A model generated the notes under the pieces. It ran no database searches and was not told the DNA's origin. It was given only the letters and a program-made list of their open reading frames with translations. The position numbers and the translations under genes were made by a program. Source: an uncultured Muribaculaceae bacterium (lineage in GTDB: Bacteria; Bacteroidota; Bacteroidia; Bacteroidales; Muribaculaceae). Taken from it: a DNA stretch of 64,000 nt. Location: contig CAZECG010000010.1 in NCBI GenBank assembly GCA_964510535.1, positions 3,027 to 67,026 of the forward strand. The letters are read 5' to 3'. Shown here piece by piece: positions 10,901 through 19,923 of this stretch; the stretch's first letter is position 1, and each line of letters starts with the position of its first letter.

Positions 10901-11388
10901 GCGGAGCGACATCGCTCAAACTCGACGGACAGAAATCATACCCGTCAGTCAGAAACGCCCTAATGGCACAGCCCGACGGCTCCTACAAACTTGAGATGCC
11001 GATTAAAGACCTCAACGACGGTCGCCACACACTGACATTGAGCGTCAGTGACAACATGGGCAACCACTCAGAGCGCACTCTGGCGTTCACTGTGGTGACA
11101 CGCACCGTCAAGGCTTCGCTCTCAATCGACAAACAGTCGACACGCACCGACGCGACCTTTGACATATCTCATGATTTCATCGAGACCCCGACAGGACGCC
11201 TCGTCATCGAAGACGCCGACGGCAACACAGTCTTTTCGCGCGACAACTGCCCATTCCCGTTCACTTGGGAATTGACCGATACCGACGGTGAAAAAGTTGC
11301 CGACGGGCTTTACAGAGCCTATGCGATACTAAAAGCGGGTCAACAGTACTCAAACACCCCCAAATGTGAAGTTGTCGTGATTAAGTAA
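7954..11388 (+). CDS. PorU-like type IX secretion sortase paralog (peptidase C25 family), copy 2
   Basis: 1144 aa with a signal peptide. It shares the copy-1 blocks: 'GHWVKIRVSENGIHQITDTQLREMGFSDPSKVTVYGYGG', 'PQNLHGMATPDMAII', 'QQEIFNEFSSGTPN', 'AVGRIPA', His block 'YTGHGG', Cys block 'STCDT', and the C-terminal tail 'GLYRAYAILKAG'. Confidence 0.75.
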   Translation: MKLTYPYKTLSSLIVCITAGLWAYAFSPTQYNSESVLKEGHWVKIRVSENGIHQITDTQLREMGFSDPSKVTVYGYGGAVISDNSFKVPLSNPTTPDCHPEDLPQIYSLYNSTYGRLLFYGESNIRPGIGTNSTRIESINLNRYSNYGYYFLTDSQPQKSVPSYPLASNTNDVTTHSVAMMRDINEENPTRGGAFYFSKDIIANPNWSVTFDVQSPLAEENSAYFSYVAVAKHDPRPQLTVDIPEIVPKKGTEVLGTGTAQSSSSIYYSRCTGYLKFTPAEGASGPYTFSISPYQCSPSYAAVDWVFFSYKRANDLAGESQRRMIFPGLRSDSRVYIDNVNITTEVWDVTNPYYVRRFKTTLDSDTRLMFTPNRNYNTSSYPALHAIAFDYANGTFPTPETIGVVPPQNLHGMATPDMAIITTSLCREQAERLARLHSEYQGLTVAVVDQQEIFNEFSSGTPNAMAYRRFAKMLWDRNKKFRYLLLFGEGSYDNARVQFKGNERLMTYQTEDYYQASSVTTNYCADSYFGMLSDYFTINDIAKTQMDIAVGRIPAASTTDAKTAVNKIERYLATAYTQPYRNRALIMADDGDLNKYVMQSDCTSDTIKAAAPATTTTKAYVGLYPLKDSQAQQAREVIINALQQGQSFVCYTGHGGPGGLTTEGLWNQMYISKTEYLYPPFWMLSTCDTFSFDHLDNGFSEQLLYKENGGAIAVVGAGRTVYADSNYLLSSSVANAFFSAKPGDTVGDIFRNARNITLTKATDTATGINTLCYNLGGDPAIPVFPPSYEVVTTGINGVIPDDTTAASITPLADNTISGAVMLDGQVATSFNGEVTISIYDGLVTHPLNYSITEVINDTPETRTINVTTDEQLLTEVCVPVTAGRFSTTLTVPRPMQPDQTNRVTYFATNSSRNLRASGITYNVKVGEYDPEKAITDTEAPVITELYINDPAFADGDEADTEITLFATIEADRSGVNTSNGSIGGATSLKLDGQKSYPSVRNALMAQPDGSYKLEMPIKDLNDGRHTLTLSVSDNMGNHSERTLAFTVVTRTVKASLSIDKQSTRTDATFDISHDFIETPTGRLVIEDADGNTVFSRDNCPFPFTWELTDTDGEKVADGLYRAYAILKAGQQYSNTPKCEVVVIK

Positions 11389-11410
11389 GAGATTGTTTCA
11401 ACCATAATCG

Positions 11411-11441
11411 ACGGGGCCGTTCTTTTCAGAATAGGCCCCGT
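11411..11441 (+). terminator. Hairpin terminator candidate after the PorU-like copy 2 gene
   Basis: 8-bp GC-rich stem acggggcc/ggccccgt with a 15-nt loop, followed by ttgt. Confidence 0.45.
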
Positions 11442-11464
11442 TTGTCTGACCCCGAAAAAATTGC

Positions 11465-11472
11465 TAATTTTG
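11465..11472 (+). promoter_or_regulatory. Candidate -7 box TAATTTTG upstream of cvpA-suf
   Basis: Exact TAnnTTTG match, 15 nt before ATG 11487. Confidence 0.45.
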
Positions 11473-11486
11473 CGCCACTACTAACT

Positions 11487-12005
11487 ATGGGTACTTTCGA
11501 CATCGTCATACTGATTATTTTTGCCGCATCAATCCTGTACGGACTGAAACGAGGCATTATAGCCCAACTCGGCTCCGTCGGGGGTATCCTCGTCGGAATC
11601 GTAGCCTGCCATCTGTTCGGTGACCATGCAGCCGCGATGCTGGGCGGATTGCTCGGTAACGACTCGGTTTCGGCGTGCTACGTCAATTCCGTAATCGCCA
11701 ACGTGCTCCTGTTCATTATCGGCTATATCCTCACACGGGTCATAGCCAAACTGCTTCACACGGTGGCTCACGCAGCCCTTCTCGGCTCCATCGACCGCAT
11801 AGCCGGAGCCATATTCTCGCTTTTCGCCTGGTTTCTGGTATTCAGCATAATCCTCAACGTCTGGCAAGTGCTGGCTCCGTCGACCGATATCACTGCCAAT
11901 TCCCAAATTTCCGACGGCAAAGCGGCGCGCGCCATCATAGACCTCGCCCCGAACGTGCTTGGCGGGCAGACGGCACGTCAACTCTTTTCACCCGACGGGT
12001 GTTAA
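11487..12005 (+). CDS. cvpA: CvpA family membrane protein
   Basis: ORF 11442..12005 trimmed to ATG 11487. Four hydrophobic helices and the N-terminus 'FDIVILIIFAASILYGLKRGII' are typical of CvpA. It lies directly upstream of suf. Confidence 0.75.
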   Translation: MGTFDIVILIIFAASILYGLKRGIIAQLGSVGGILVGIVACHLFGDHAAAMLGGLLGNDSVSACYVNSVIANVLLFIIGYILTRVIAKLLHTVAHAALLGSIDRIAGAIFSLFAWFLVFSIILNVWQVLAPSTDITANSQISDGKAARAIIDLAPNVLGGQTARQLFSPDGC

Positions 12006-12021
12006 CTAAAAACAACTCGAC

Positions 12022-13485
12022 ATGGAAGATAAAGGAAATAACGACAACAGGCTACTTGACGACGTTACCAACGGCGGATACAAGTATGGCTTTGTCACCG
12101 ACATAGACACCGACATCATACCCCGCGGGCTCAACGAGGAAGTCATCAGGCTCATATCAAGGAAAAAAGGGGAGCCCGAGTGGCTGCTCGATTTCAGACT
12201 GAAAGCCTACCGCCACTGGCTCACGCTTGAGATGCCCCGCTGGGCGCATCTCGACATTCCGCCTATTGACTACCAAGCCATAAGCTACTACGCCGCACCA
12301 CGCAACAACGCGGAGGGCGGACCGAAAAGCATGGATGAAGTCGACCCCGAACTGCTCAAGACTTTCGACAAACTCGGCATACCGCTCCAAGAGCAGAAAA
12401 TGCTGACGGGAATGGCAGTCGACGCCGTGATGGACTCAGTGTCGGTAAAAACCACCCACCGCGAAAAGCTTGCGGAGCTGGGCATAGTCTTTTGTTCATT
12501 CTCAGAGGCGGTAAAAGATTACCCCGACCTCGTCAAGAAATATCTTGGCAAAGTGGTGTCATACCGCGACAACTTCTTCGCCGCCCTCAACTCGGCAGTG
12601 TTCTCCGACGGCTCGTTTGTCTACATCCCAAAAGGGGTGCGCTGCCCCATGGAACTCTCGACATATTTCCGCATCAACGCCTCGGGCACGGGACAATTTG
12701 AGCGCACGCTCATCGTTGCCGACGACGACTCATATGTCAGCTATCTCGAAGGGTGCACCGCCCCCATGCGCGACGAAAACCAGTTGCACGCCGCCATCGT
12801 GGAAATCATCGTCGAAGACCGCGCCGAAGTGAAATATTCGACTGTGCAGAACTGGTATTCAGGCGACTCTGAGGGGCGCGGAGGTGTCTACAATTTCGTG
12901 ACCAAACGCGGGCTGTGCCGCGGCGACTATTCCAAACTGTCGTGGACGCAGGTCGAAACAGGCTCAGCCATCACCTGGAAATACCCCGGCTGCATTCTCG
13001 CCGGCGAAGGCTCGGTGGGTGAGTTCTACTCCGTGGCTGTAACAAAAAACCGCCAACAAGCCGACACCGGCACAAAGATGATACACTTAGGACGCAATAC
13101 CCGCTCGACTATCGTCTCTAAAGGAATCTCGGCGGGACACAGCGAGAACTCCTACCGCGGGCTGGTCAAAGTGGCGCCAAACGCCGACGGTTGCCGCAAC
13201 TACACCCAGTGCGACTCACTCCTGCTAAGCTCTACCTGCGGCGCCCACACTTTCCCTTATATCGACGTGATGAACGACACGGCGATTGTGGAGCATGAAG
13301 CCACCACATCAAAAATCAGCGAAGACCAGATATTCTACTGCAACCAGCGCGGCATCCCCACCGAGGAAGCCGTCGGACTGATTGTCAACGGATACGCCAA
13401 AGAGGTCATGAACAAACTCCCCATGGAGTTTGCCGTCGAGGCCCAACGCCTGCTATCCCTAACACTCGAAGGCTCAGTCGGATGA
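12022..13485 (+). CDS. sufB: Fe-S cluster assembly protein SufB
   Basis: 487 aa with a conserved SufB core, e.g. '[20 protein letters not shown]', 'VQNWY' and '[11 protein letters not shown]'. Confidence 0.95.
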   Translation: MEDKGNNDNRLLDDVTNGGYKYGFVTDIDTDIIPRGLNEEVIRLISRKKGEPEWLLDFRLKAYRHWLTLEMPRWAHLDIPPIDYQAISYYAAPRNNAEGGPKSMDEVDPELLKTFDKLGIPLQEQKMLTGMAVDAVMDSVSVKTTHREKLAELGIVFCSFSEAVKDYPDLVKKYLGKVVSYRDNFFAALNSAVFSDGSFVYIPKGVRCPMELSTYFRINASGTGQFERTLIVADDDSYVSYLEGCTAPMRDENQLHAAIVEIIVEDRAEVKYSTVQNWYSGDSEGRGGVYNFVTKRGLCRGDYSKLSWTQVETGSAITWKYPGCILAGEGSVGEFYSVAVTKNRQQADTGTKMIHLGRNTRSTIVSKGISAGHSENSYRGLVKVAPNADGCRNYTQCDSLLLSSTCGAHTFPYIDVMNDTAIVEHEATTSKISEDQIFYCNQRGIPTEEAVGLIVNGYAKEVMNKLPMEFAVEAQRLLSLTLEGSVG

Positions 13486-13532
13486 GCCACCCGCGACTTA
13501 ATATTGAACAGCAACAACCGCATATTAACGAT

Positions 13533-14297
13533 ATGGACAATAAATTGCTTGAGGTCAAGAACCTCCACGCCGGCATCGACGGCAAGGAAATACTGAAAGG
13601 AATAAACCTCGTGATTCGACCCGGCGAGGTACACGCCATCATGGGACCCAACGGTTCGGGCAAAAGCACCCTGTCGGGAGTTTTGGCTGGTGACCCCAAA
13701 TTCACCGTCACTGAGGGAACGGCCACTCTGCACGGATGCGACCTATTGTCTCTGTCGCCCGAAGACCGCTCCCACGAGGGGCTGTTCCTCTCGTTCCAGT
13801 ACCCCGTCGAGATTCCCGGCGTGTCGATGGTCAATTTCATGCGCGCCGCCATCAATGCCAAGCGGAAATACTTCAACGAGCCGCCATTGTCGGCAAGCGA
13901 CTTCCTCAAACTCATGCGCCAGAAACGCGCCATAGTCGAGCTTGACAACAAGCTCGCTTCGCGCTCGGTCAACGAGGGCTTCTCAGGGGGCGAGAAGAAA
14001 CGCAACGAGATTTTCCAGATGGCCGTGCTCGAGCCGCGCCTATCCATCCTCGACGAGACCGACAGCGGACTTGACATCGACGCCCTGCGCATAGTGGCCG
14101 GAGGCGTCAACAAGCTCAAGACCTCCGACAACGCCACAATCGTCATCACCCACTACCAGCGTCTGCTCGACTACATAAAACCCGACTTCGTGCATGTGCT
14201 ATATAAAGGACGCATCGTGCGCACCGGCGGCCCCGAGCTGGCTCTCGAGCTGGAAGAAAAAGGTTATGACTGGATTAAACAAGAAATAGACGGCTGA
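13533..14297 (+). CDS. sufC: Fe-S cluster assembly ATPase SufC
   Basis: 'GEVHAIMGPNGSGKSTL' Walker A, 'FSGGEKKR' signature, 'ILDETDSGLD' Walker B. ATG 13533 gives the usual SufC N-terminus. An upstream ATG at 13482 (ATGA overlap with sufB) is an alternative start. Confidence 0.93.
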   Translation: MDNKLLEVKNLHAGIDGKEILKGINLVIRPGEVHAIMGPNGSGKSTLSGVLAGDPKFTVTEGTATLHGCDLLSLSPEDRSHEGLFLSFQYPVEIPGVSMVNFMRAAINAKRKYFNEPPLSASDFLKLMRQKRAIVELDNKLASRSVNEGFSGGEKKRNEIFQMAVLEPRLSILDETDSGLDIDALRIVAGGVNKLKTSDNATIVITHYQRLLDYIKPDFVHVLYKGRIVRTGGPELALELEEKGYDWIKQEIDG

Positions 14298-14301
14298 CAC
14301 C

Positions 14302-15675
14302 ATGGGTGCTATTAACCAATATATTGACCTGTTTGATGCGAATATCGACGCGCTCAACGCAGGGAGTGCCGGCGCACTGAACGCCATGCGTGCGGTCGCC
14401 AGACAAGCTGTCGAGGGCCGACAGCTCCCCGACCGCAATACCGAGGGCTATGAAAAGACCTCTATTGAAGAGATGTACTCGCCCGACTTCGGTGTCAACA
14501 TCACACGAATCGCAATCCCCGTCGACGTCGCCGCATCATTCCGTTGCGACATCCCCAACGTCAGCACCCTGCTGGCTGTCGTTGTCAACGACAGCTTCCA
14601 CCCCGCTGAGTCGCTGCTAAAAAACCTCCCTGCCGGTGTCGAGGTGATGTCACTCGCCAAAGCCGCCAAGGAGCATCCCGAAATTGTAGAAAAATATTAC
14701 GGGCGGCTCGCACCGCTCGATGACACAGCCGTAGCGCTCAACACCATGCTCGTACAAGACGGCGTGTTCATCCATCTGAGCCGCGGCGTGAAGCTCACCC
14801 GCCCGCTGCAGGTGGTCAACATCTTCAGTTCACCAGCACCGTTGCTCGCTCCCCGCCGCATATTGCTCATAGCCGACGAGGGCAGCGAGGTGGAACTACT
14901 GCTTTGCGACCACACCCAGGACAGCGAACGCCGCTACCTGTCGTCGCAGGTAATCGAGGTATTCGTCGGCAGCGATTCAAACGTCGGCATCTACGACATC
15001 GAGGAGTCATCGCCGCTCACATCCCGCGACAGCCACCTTTACGCCCGTCAGAACAAAGGGTCGAAATTGACAGTCAACGGCTCCACCTTGATGGGAGGTA
15101 CCACCCGAAACTCCTATGACATCCACCTCGAAGGCGACAGAGCCGAGACACGACTCTCAGGGATGGCCATCGGCACGGGCACGATGCACACCGACAACAG
15201 TTCGTCGGTGATTCACGGAGCCGAGCGTTGCCACAGCGACCAGCTGTTTAAATATGTGCTCGACGACGATGCGACGGGTGCGTTTGAGGGTAGCATCACC
15301 GTCACCCCCCGGGGGCGTTTCACCGAAGCCTACCAGTCAAACCGCAACATACTCGCGTCGACACGAGCGCGGATGCACACCAAACCCCAACTGCTCATCT
15401 ACAACGACGATGTCAAGTGCAGCCACGGAGCCACCACCGGGCAGCTCGACAGGAACGCCCTGTTTTATATGCGCACCCGCGGCATACCCCTCGCCGAAGC
15501 CCGTAAGATGCTCATGCAAGCGTTCATGGTCGACGTGATTGACACGGTGAACCTCGAAGGGCTGCGCGACCGTCTGCGCCACCTTGTCGAAAAGCGTTTC
15601 ACCGGCGAGCGCGCGCTCTGCGTCGATTGTAAGACAACCCACTCACCACATTGCTTGACCGATGAACGACTATGA
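14302..15675 (+). CDS. sufD: Fe-S cluster assembly protein SufD
   Basis: 457 aa between sufC and sufS. The SufB/SufD beta-helix C-terminal region includes 'KPQLLIYNDDVKCSHGATTGQLD'. Confidence 0.9.
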   Translation: MGAINQYIDLFDANIDALNAGSAGALNAMRAVARQAVEGRQLPDRNTEGYEKTSIEEMYSPDFGVNITRIAIPVDVAASFRCDIPNVSTLLAVVVNDSFHPAESLLKNLPAGVEVMSLAKAAKEHPEIVEKYYGRLAPLDDTAVALNTMLVQDGVFIHLSRGVKLTRPLQVVNIFSSPAPLLAPRRILLIADEGSEVELLLCDHTQDSERRYLSSQVIEVFVGSDSNVGIYDIEESSPLTSRDSHLYARQNKGSKLTVNGSTLMGGTTRNSYDIHLEGDRAETRLSGMAIGTGTMHTDNSSSVIHGAERCHSDQLFKYVLDDDATGAFEGSITVTPRGRFTEAYQSNRNILASTRARMHTKPQLLIYNDDVKCSHGATTGQLDRNALFYMRTRGIPLAEARKMLMQAFMVDVIDTVNLEGLRDRLRHLVEKRFTGERALCVDCKTTHSPHCLTDERL

Positions 15676-16882
15676 TGTAACCTCCGTGAGAGAGGATTTC
15701 CCGATTCTTGGCCGCAAGGTCTATGGTCGACCGTTGGTCTACCTCGACAACACCGCCACGTCACAGACGCCGCGACAAGTTGTCGACGAAATAACGAGAA
15801 TGTACTACAACACCAAGGCCAACGTGCACCGCGGCGTCCACACTCTGTCACAGGAGGCCACCGACCTTCAGGAACAGAGCCGCGAGAAGGTGCGCAAGTT
15901 CATCAATGCACCGTCGGCACAGTCCGTCATTTTCACCAGAGGCACTACCGAAGCAATCAACCTTGTGGCGGCATCATACGGCGAACTCCTCAACGACGGC
16001 GACGAAATCATCCTGTCGGTCATGGAACACCACGCCAACATCGTCCCCTGGCAACTGCTGCGACAGCGTAAAAAAGTGGTCATCAGGGTGGTGCCAATGC
16101 TACCCGACGGCTCGCTCGACATGGATGCCTACCGGGCGTTGTTCAACGAGCGCACACGCATCGTAAGCATCTGCCACGTCTCCAACGTCCTCGGCACTGT
16201 CAACCCGGTCAAACAGATAATCGAAGAGGCACATCGCCACGGCGCGATAGCGGTAATCGACGGGGCCCAAGCCGTGTCGCATCTCAAAGTCGACGTCACA
16301 GCACTCGACGCTGACTTCTACGCGTTTTCAGCCCACAAGATGTATGGTCCCACCGGCGTAGGCGTTCTTTACGGTAGGCGCGAGCTGCTTGAAAAGATGC
16401 CCCCCTATCAGGGCGGAGGCGAGATGATAGGCCACGTCACATTCAAGCACACGACTTTCGCCGAACTGCCATTCAAATTCGAGGCCGGCACCCCCGACTT
16501 CGTGGGGATAGCCGCCTTGTCAAAAGCCATCGACTATATCGACGGCATCGGCATAGAGGCCATAGCCGCTCATGAGCACGACCTGCTGACCTACACCACG
16601 GAGCGCATGATGGAGATAAAGGGAATGAGGATTTTCGGCACCACACCCGGCAAGGCGGCAATCATATCGTTCCTTGTCGGCAACGAACACCACTACGATA
16701 TCGGAATGCTTCTCGACAAACTCGGGATAGCCGTTCGCACAGGCCACCACTGTGCCCAGCCGCTGATGGAGACTCTCGGCATCGAGGGCACGGTCAGAGC
16801 CTCGTTCGCTCTCTACAACACCCGCGAGGAAGCCGACGCGTTCATAGCCGCGCTCAACCGCGTCATACCCATGCTCGGCTGA
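15662..16882 (+). CDS. sufS: Cysteine desulfurase SufS
   Basis: 406 aa. PLP-lysine block 'SAHKMYGPTGVGVLYG' and catalytic Cys block 'RTGHHCAQP'. Overlaps sufD by 14 nt. Confidence 0.95.
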   Translation: MNDYDVTSVREDFPILGRKVYGRPLVYLDNTATSQTPRQVVDEITRMYYNTKANVHRGVHTLSQEATDLQEQSREKVRKFINAPSAQSVIFTRGTTEAINLVAASYGELLNDGDEIILSVMEHHANIVPWQLLRQRKKVVIRVVPMLPDGSLDMDAYRALFNERTRIVSICHVSNVLGTVNPVKQIIEEAHRHGAIAVIDGAQAVSHLKVDVTALDADFYAFSAHKMYGPTGVGVLYGRRELLEKMPPYQGGGEMIGHVTFKHTTFAELPFKFEAGTPDFVGIAALSKAIDYIDGIGIEAIAAHEHDLLTYTTERMMEIKGMRIFGTTPGKAAIISFLVGNEHHYDIGMLLDKLGIAVRTGHHCAQPLMETLGIEGTVRASFALYNTREEADAFIAALNRVIPMLG

Positions 16883-16970
16883 CACAATAATTCAACATAT
16901 TATCAGTTATTAGTTTGTGGGGGGCGACCGAAATGCCCCCGCCGCATATACCACACTATTCACCAAGACT

Positions 16971-18179
16971 ATGATTAAGCATCTTTGTAAATATCTGACG
17001 ATATTAGGATTGGCGTTACTCTCCGCCGTCACGGCCGCGTCGGCTCAGGACAAAAACGAGTTCAACCCCATCCAGACCGGTGTCACATCGCTCAGCATCG
17101 CACCCGATGCGCGCGGAGCGTCGATGGGCGACCTCGGAGCCGCCACCGACCCCGACTGCAACTCCCAGTACTGGAACCCGTCAAAATACGCTTTCGCCTA
17201 CAGCCGCGGAGGATTCTCTCTCAGTTACACCCCCTGGTTGCGCAAACTTGTCAACGACATTTTCCTCGCCAACCTGTCGGGTTACTGGAAGATAGGTAGC
17301 AACGACAACCAAGCCATATCGGCCTCTCTGCGCTATTTCTCGCTCGGCGAGGTAACCACAAGCGAAGTTTCGGGACAGGCAGCCCAATCGCTCAACCCCT
17401 ACGAAATGGCGTTTGACCTCGGATACTCGCGCAAACTGTCTGAAAAGTTCTCGATGGGTGTCGTGTTCCGCTACATTTATTCCGACCTCGGATTCTCTGA
17501 CTCATACGCGGGCGACAACACGTCAGGGGCATCGGCGTTCTCAGCCGACATATCCGGATACTTCACCACCTATCCCATCGTTGGCCGCAACGAGTGCCAA
17601 TGGTCTTGGGGTTGGGACATCTCCAACATCGGCACCAAAGTGTCATACAACAACGGCGAAGACCCCGCATTCCTCCCCACCAACCTCCGTATCGGTACGA
17701 TGTTTATGTTCCCCTTAGCCGATTACCACACTTTGGCCCTCTCGCTCGACGCCAACAAGCTGCTCGTCCCCGCCAAACCCCGCGAGAGTGACTATCCCGA
17801 CGACACCGAGGGGCAACAAGCCTACCTCGACGCACTTGAAGAATGGGAAAATATGTCGCCCATCACCGGCATATTCAAATCATTCAGCGACGCCCCCGGC
17901 GGTGCTAAAGAGGAACTGCGCGAAATCAACCTCTCGTTCGGCGCCGAATACTCCTACAACAACCAATTCTTCGTCCGCGCCGGTTACTTCTACGAAAACG
18001 AGTACAAAGGAAACCGCAAATACTTCGCTCTCGGTGCCGGGTTCTCGCTCAACGTAGTGCGCCTCGACGCATCATATATGCTCGCCACCGCACAAACCTC
18101 ACCGCTCGACCAGACGCTGCGTTTCTCGCTGACATTCGACATGGACGGCCTTAAAGAGATTTTCGGACGCAAACGATGA
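16971..18179 (+). CDS. porV: Type IX secretion system outer-membrane shuttle protein PorV (LptO)
   Basis: ORF 16917..18179 trimmed to ATG 16971 (signal peptide [26 protein letters not shown]). The N-terminal '[31 protein letters not shown]' block is characteristic of PorV, and the rest has beta-barrel-like alternating sequence. Confidence 0.85.
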   Translation: MIKHLCKYLTILGLALLSAVTAASAQDKNEFNPIQTGVTSLSIAPDARGASMGDLGAATDPDCNSQYWNPSKYAFAYSRGGFSLSYTPWLRKLVNDIFLANLSGYWKIGSNDNQAISASLRYFSLGEVTTSEVSGQAAQSLNPYEMAFDLGYSRKLSEKFSMGVVFRYIYSDLGFSDSYAGDNTSGASAFSADISGYFTTYPIVGRNECQWSWGWDISNIGTKVSYNNGEDPAFLPTNLRIGTMFMFPLADYHTLALSLDANKLLVPAKPRESDYPDDTEGQQAYLDALEEWENMSPITGIFKSFSDAPGGAKEELREINLSFGAEYSYNNQFFVRAGYFYENEYKGNRKYFALGAGFSLNVVRLDASYMLATAQTSPLDQTLRFSLTFDMDGLKEIFGRKR

Positions 18180-18685
18180 GCGCCAACGCCACAACAACGA
18201 CACCCCTCCCTTTCCGCATAGGCTCGGGGTTTGACGTGCACGCTTTCGCACCCAATCGCGAACTTTGGATTTGCGGGGTCAAAATACCCCACGACCGAGG
18301 GTTGCTCGGCCACAGCGACGCCGACGTGGCTCTCCATGCCCTCTGCGACGCTATGCTCGGAGCCGTCGCGCTTCGCGACATCGGCTACCACTTCCCCGAC
18401 AACGACCCCACCTACAAGGGAGCCGACTCCCGCCGGCTTCTGCGCGAAGTGGCTCGACTCGTCGCCGAGCAAGGCTACGCCCCAGCCAACGTCGATGTCA
18501 CAATCATAGCCCAAGCCCCGAAAATGCTCCCATATATCGAACAGATGAGAGCCAACATCGCCGACGACCTCGGCATCGACATCTCTCAAGTCTCTGTTAA
18601 AGCCACCACAACCGAGCGCCTCGGCTTCACAGGCCGCGGCGAAGGCATCGCCGCCCAAGCCGCCGCACTCCTTTGCCGTCTCTGA
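18176..18685 (+). CDS. ispF: 2-C-methyl-D-erythritol 2,4-cyclodiphosphate synthase
   Basis: 169 aa with '[10 protein letters not shown]' and '[12 protein letters not shown]' IspF motifs. The ATG overlaps the porV stop (ATGA). Confidence 0.95.
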   Translation: MSANATTTTPLPFRIGSGFDVHAFAPNRELWICGVKIPHDRGLLGHSDADVALHALCDAMLGAVALRDIGYHFPDNDPTYKGADSRRLLREVARLVAEQGYAPANVDVTIIAQAPKMLPYIEQMRANIADDLGIDISQVSVKATTTERLGFTGRGEGIAAQAAALLCRL

Positions 18686-18773
18686 CCACCTGCGTTCTCG
18701 CTCTCCGCGGTTTTCTAAAAAAACACCCGCGAAAACAATTGCGCCATTTATTGGGGAGATGTAAAAATTTCAC

Positions 18774-18781
18774 TAAATTTG
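18774..18781 (+). promoter_or_regulatory. Candidate -7 box TAAATTTG upstream of mdh
   Basis: Exact TAnnTTTG match, 41 nt before ATG 18822. Confidence 0.5.
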
Positions 18782-18821
18782 CGCAATATAAAACCAATAA
18801 ACGTTTAAACGCAATATAACT

Positions 18822-19760
18822 ATGTCAAAGGTAACAGTTGTAGGCGCAGGCAACGTAGGTGCTACTTGCGCTAACGTATTAGTAACAACAGGTGTAGCCG
18901 ACGAGGTTGTGCTCATCGACATCAAAGAAGGTCTCTCTGAGGGCAAGGCTATGGACATCATGCAGACGGCCAACATCCTCAACATCAACACCCGTCTCAC
19001 CGGAGTCACCAACGACTACGAGAAGACAGCCAACAGCGACGTCGTTGTCATCACTTCAGGTATCCCCCGCAAGCCCGGTATGACCCGCGAAGAACTCATC
19101 GGCGTGAACGCCGGCATCGTTAAGCAAGTATCTTCAAGCGTCCTCAAATACTCGCCCAACGCCGTAATCATCTGCGTGTCTAACCCCATGGACACCATGA
19201 CCTACCTCATCCACAAAACAAGCGGTCTCCCCAAAAACCGCATCATCGGCATGGGCGGCGCGCTCGACAGTGCTCGCTTCAAATTCTTCCTCAGCCAAGC
19301 ACTCGGCGCAAACGCTACCGAGGTTGAAGGCATCGTAATCGGCGGCCACGGCGACACCACAATGATTCCCTTGACCCGCTACGCCGCTTACCGCGGAATC
19401 CCCGCTTCTACTCTCCTCCCCGCCGAGCAGCTCGAGAAAGTCGCTGCCGACACTATGGTTGGCGGTGCTACGCTCACCAAGCTCCTCGGCACTTCCGCTT
19501 GGTACGCTCCCGGCGCTGCAGCTGCCCAAGTCGCTGCCGCTGTCATCCACGACCAGAAGAAACTCATCCCTTGCTCAGCCCTCCTCGACGGCGAATACGG
19601 CGAAAAAGACCTCTGCATCGGCGTGCCCTGCATCCTCGGAAAGAACGGTATCGAGAAAATCGTCGAATTTGACCTCAACGACGAGGAAAAAGCTCTGTTC
19701 CACAAAAGCGCGGAAGCCGTCCACAAGACCAACGAGGCTCTCACTGCGGCTTTGGCATAA
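18822..19760 (+). CDS. mdh: Malate dehydrogenase (LDH-like MDH family)
   Basis: 312 aa. 'KVTVVGAGNVGATCA' Rossmann motif, 'GIPRKPGMTREEL' substrate loop, and 'IGGHGDTM' block. Confidence 0.95.
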   Translation: MSKVTVVGAGNVGATCANVLVTTGVADEVVLIDIKEGLSEGKAMDIMQTANILNINTRLTGVTNDYEKTANSDVVVITSGIPRKPGMTREELIGVNAGIVKQVSSSVLKYSPNAVIICVSNPMDTMTYLIHKTSGLPKNRIIGMGGALDSARFKFFLSQALGANATEVEGIVIGGHGDTTMIPLTRYAAYRGIPASTLLPAEQLEKVAADTMVGGATLTKLLGTSAWYAPGAAAAQVAAAVIHDQKKLIPCSALLDGEYGEKDLCIGVPCILGKNGIEKIVEFDLNDEEKALFHKSAEAVHKTNEALTAALA

Positions 19761-19813
19761 TCGGATACAATCTTATCCATTTAGAGCTTAATACACATTA
19801 TTTATAGCTTGTT

Positions 19814-19849
19814 AAGCGGCTTCTCCACCCGGCGAAGCCGCTTTTTTTT
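19814..19849 (+). terminator. Rho-independent terminator after mdh
   Basis: 10-bp stem aagcggcttc/gaagccgctt followed by a run of T residues. Confidence 0.8.
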
Positions 19850-19871
19850 ATGCTCGCCGGATTTAATTTGC

Positions 19872-19879
19872 TATCTTCG
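19872..19879 (+). promoter_or_regulatory. Candidate -7 box (TATCTTCG, one mismatch) upstream of the 19924 gene
   Basis: Motif read directly, 45 nt before the ATG. Confidence 0.3.
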
Positions 19880-19923
19880 CGGTTTGTACGCACATCGATA
19901 CAATTTGATTTAAATTTTGCAAT

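Noticed and set aside
16919-16940. Short hairpin (gggggc/gccccc) after sufS, considered as a terminator.
   Set aside because: It has only a 6-bp stem and no T tract, and it lies inside the leader of porV. It is not convincing by eye.
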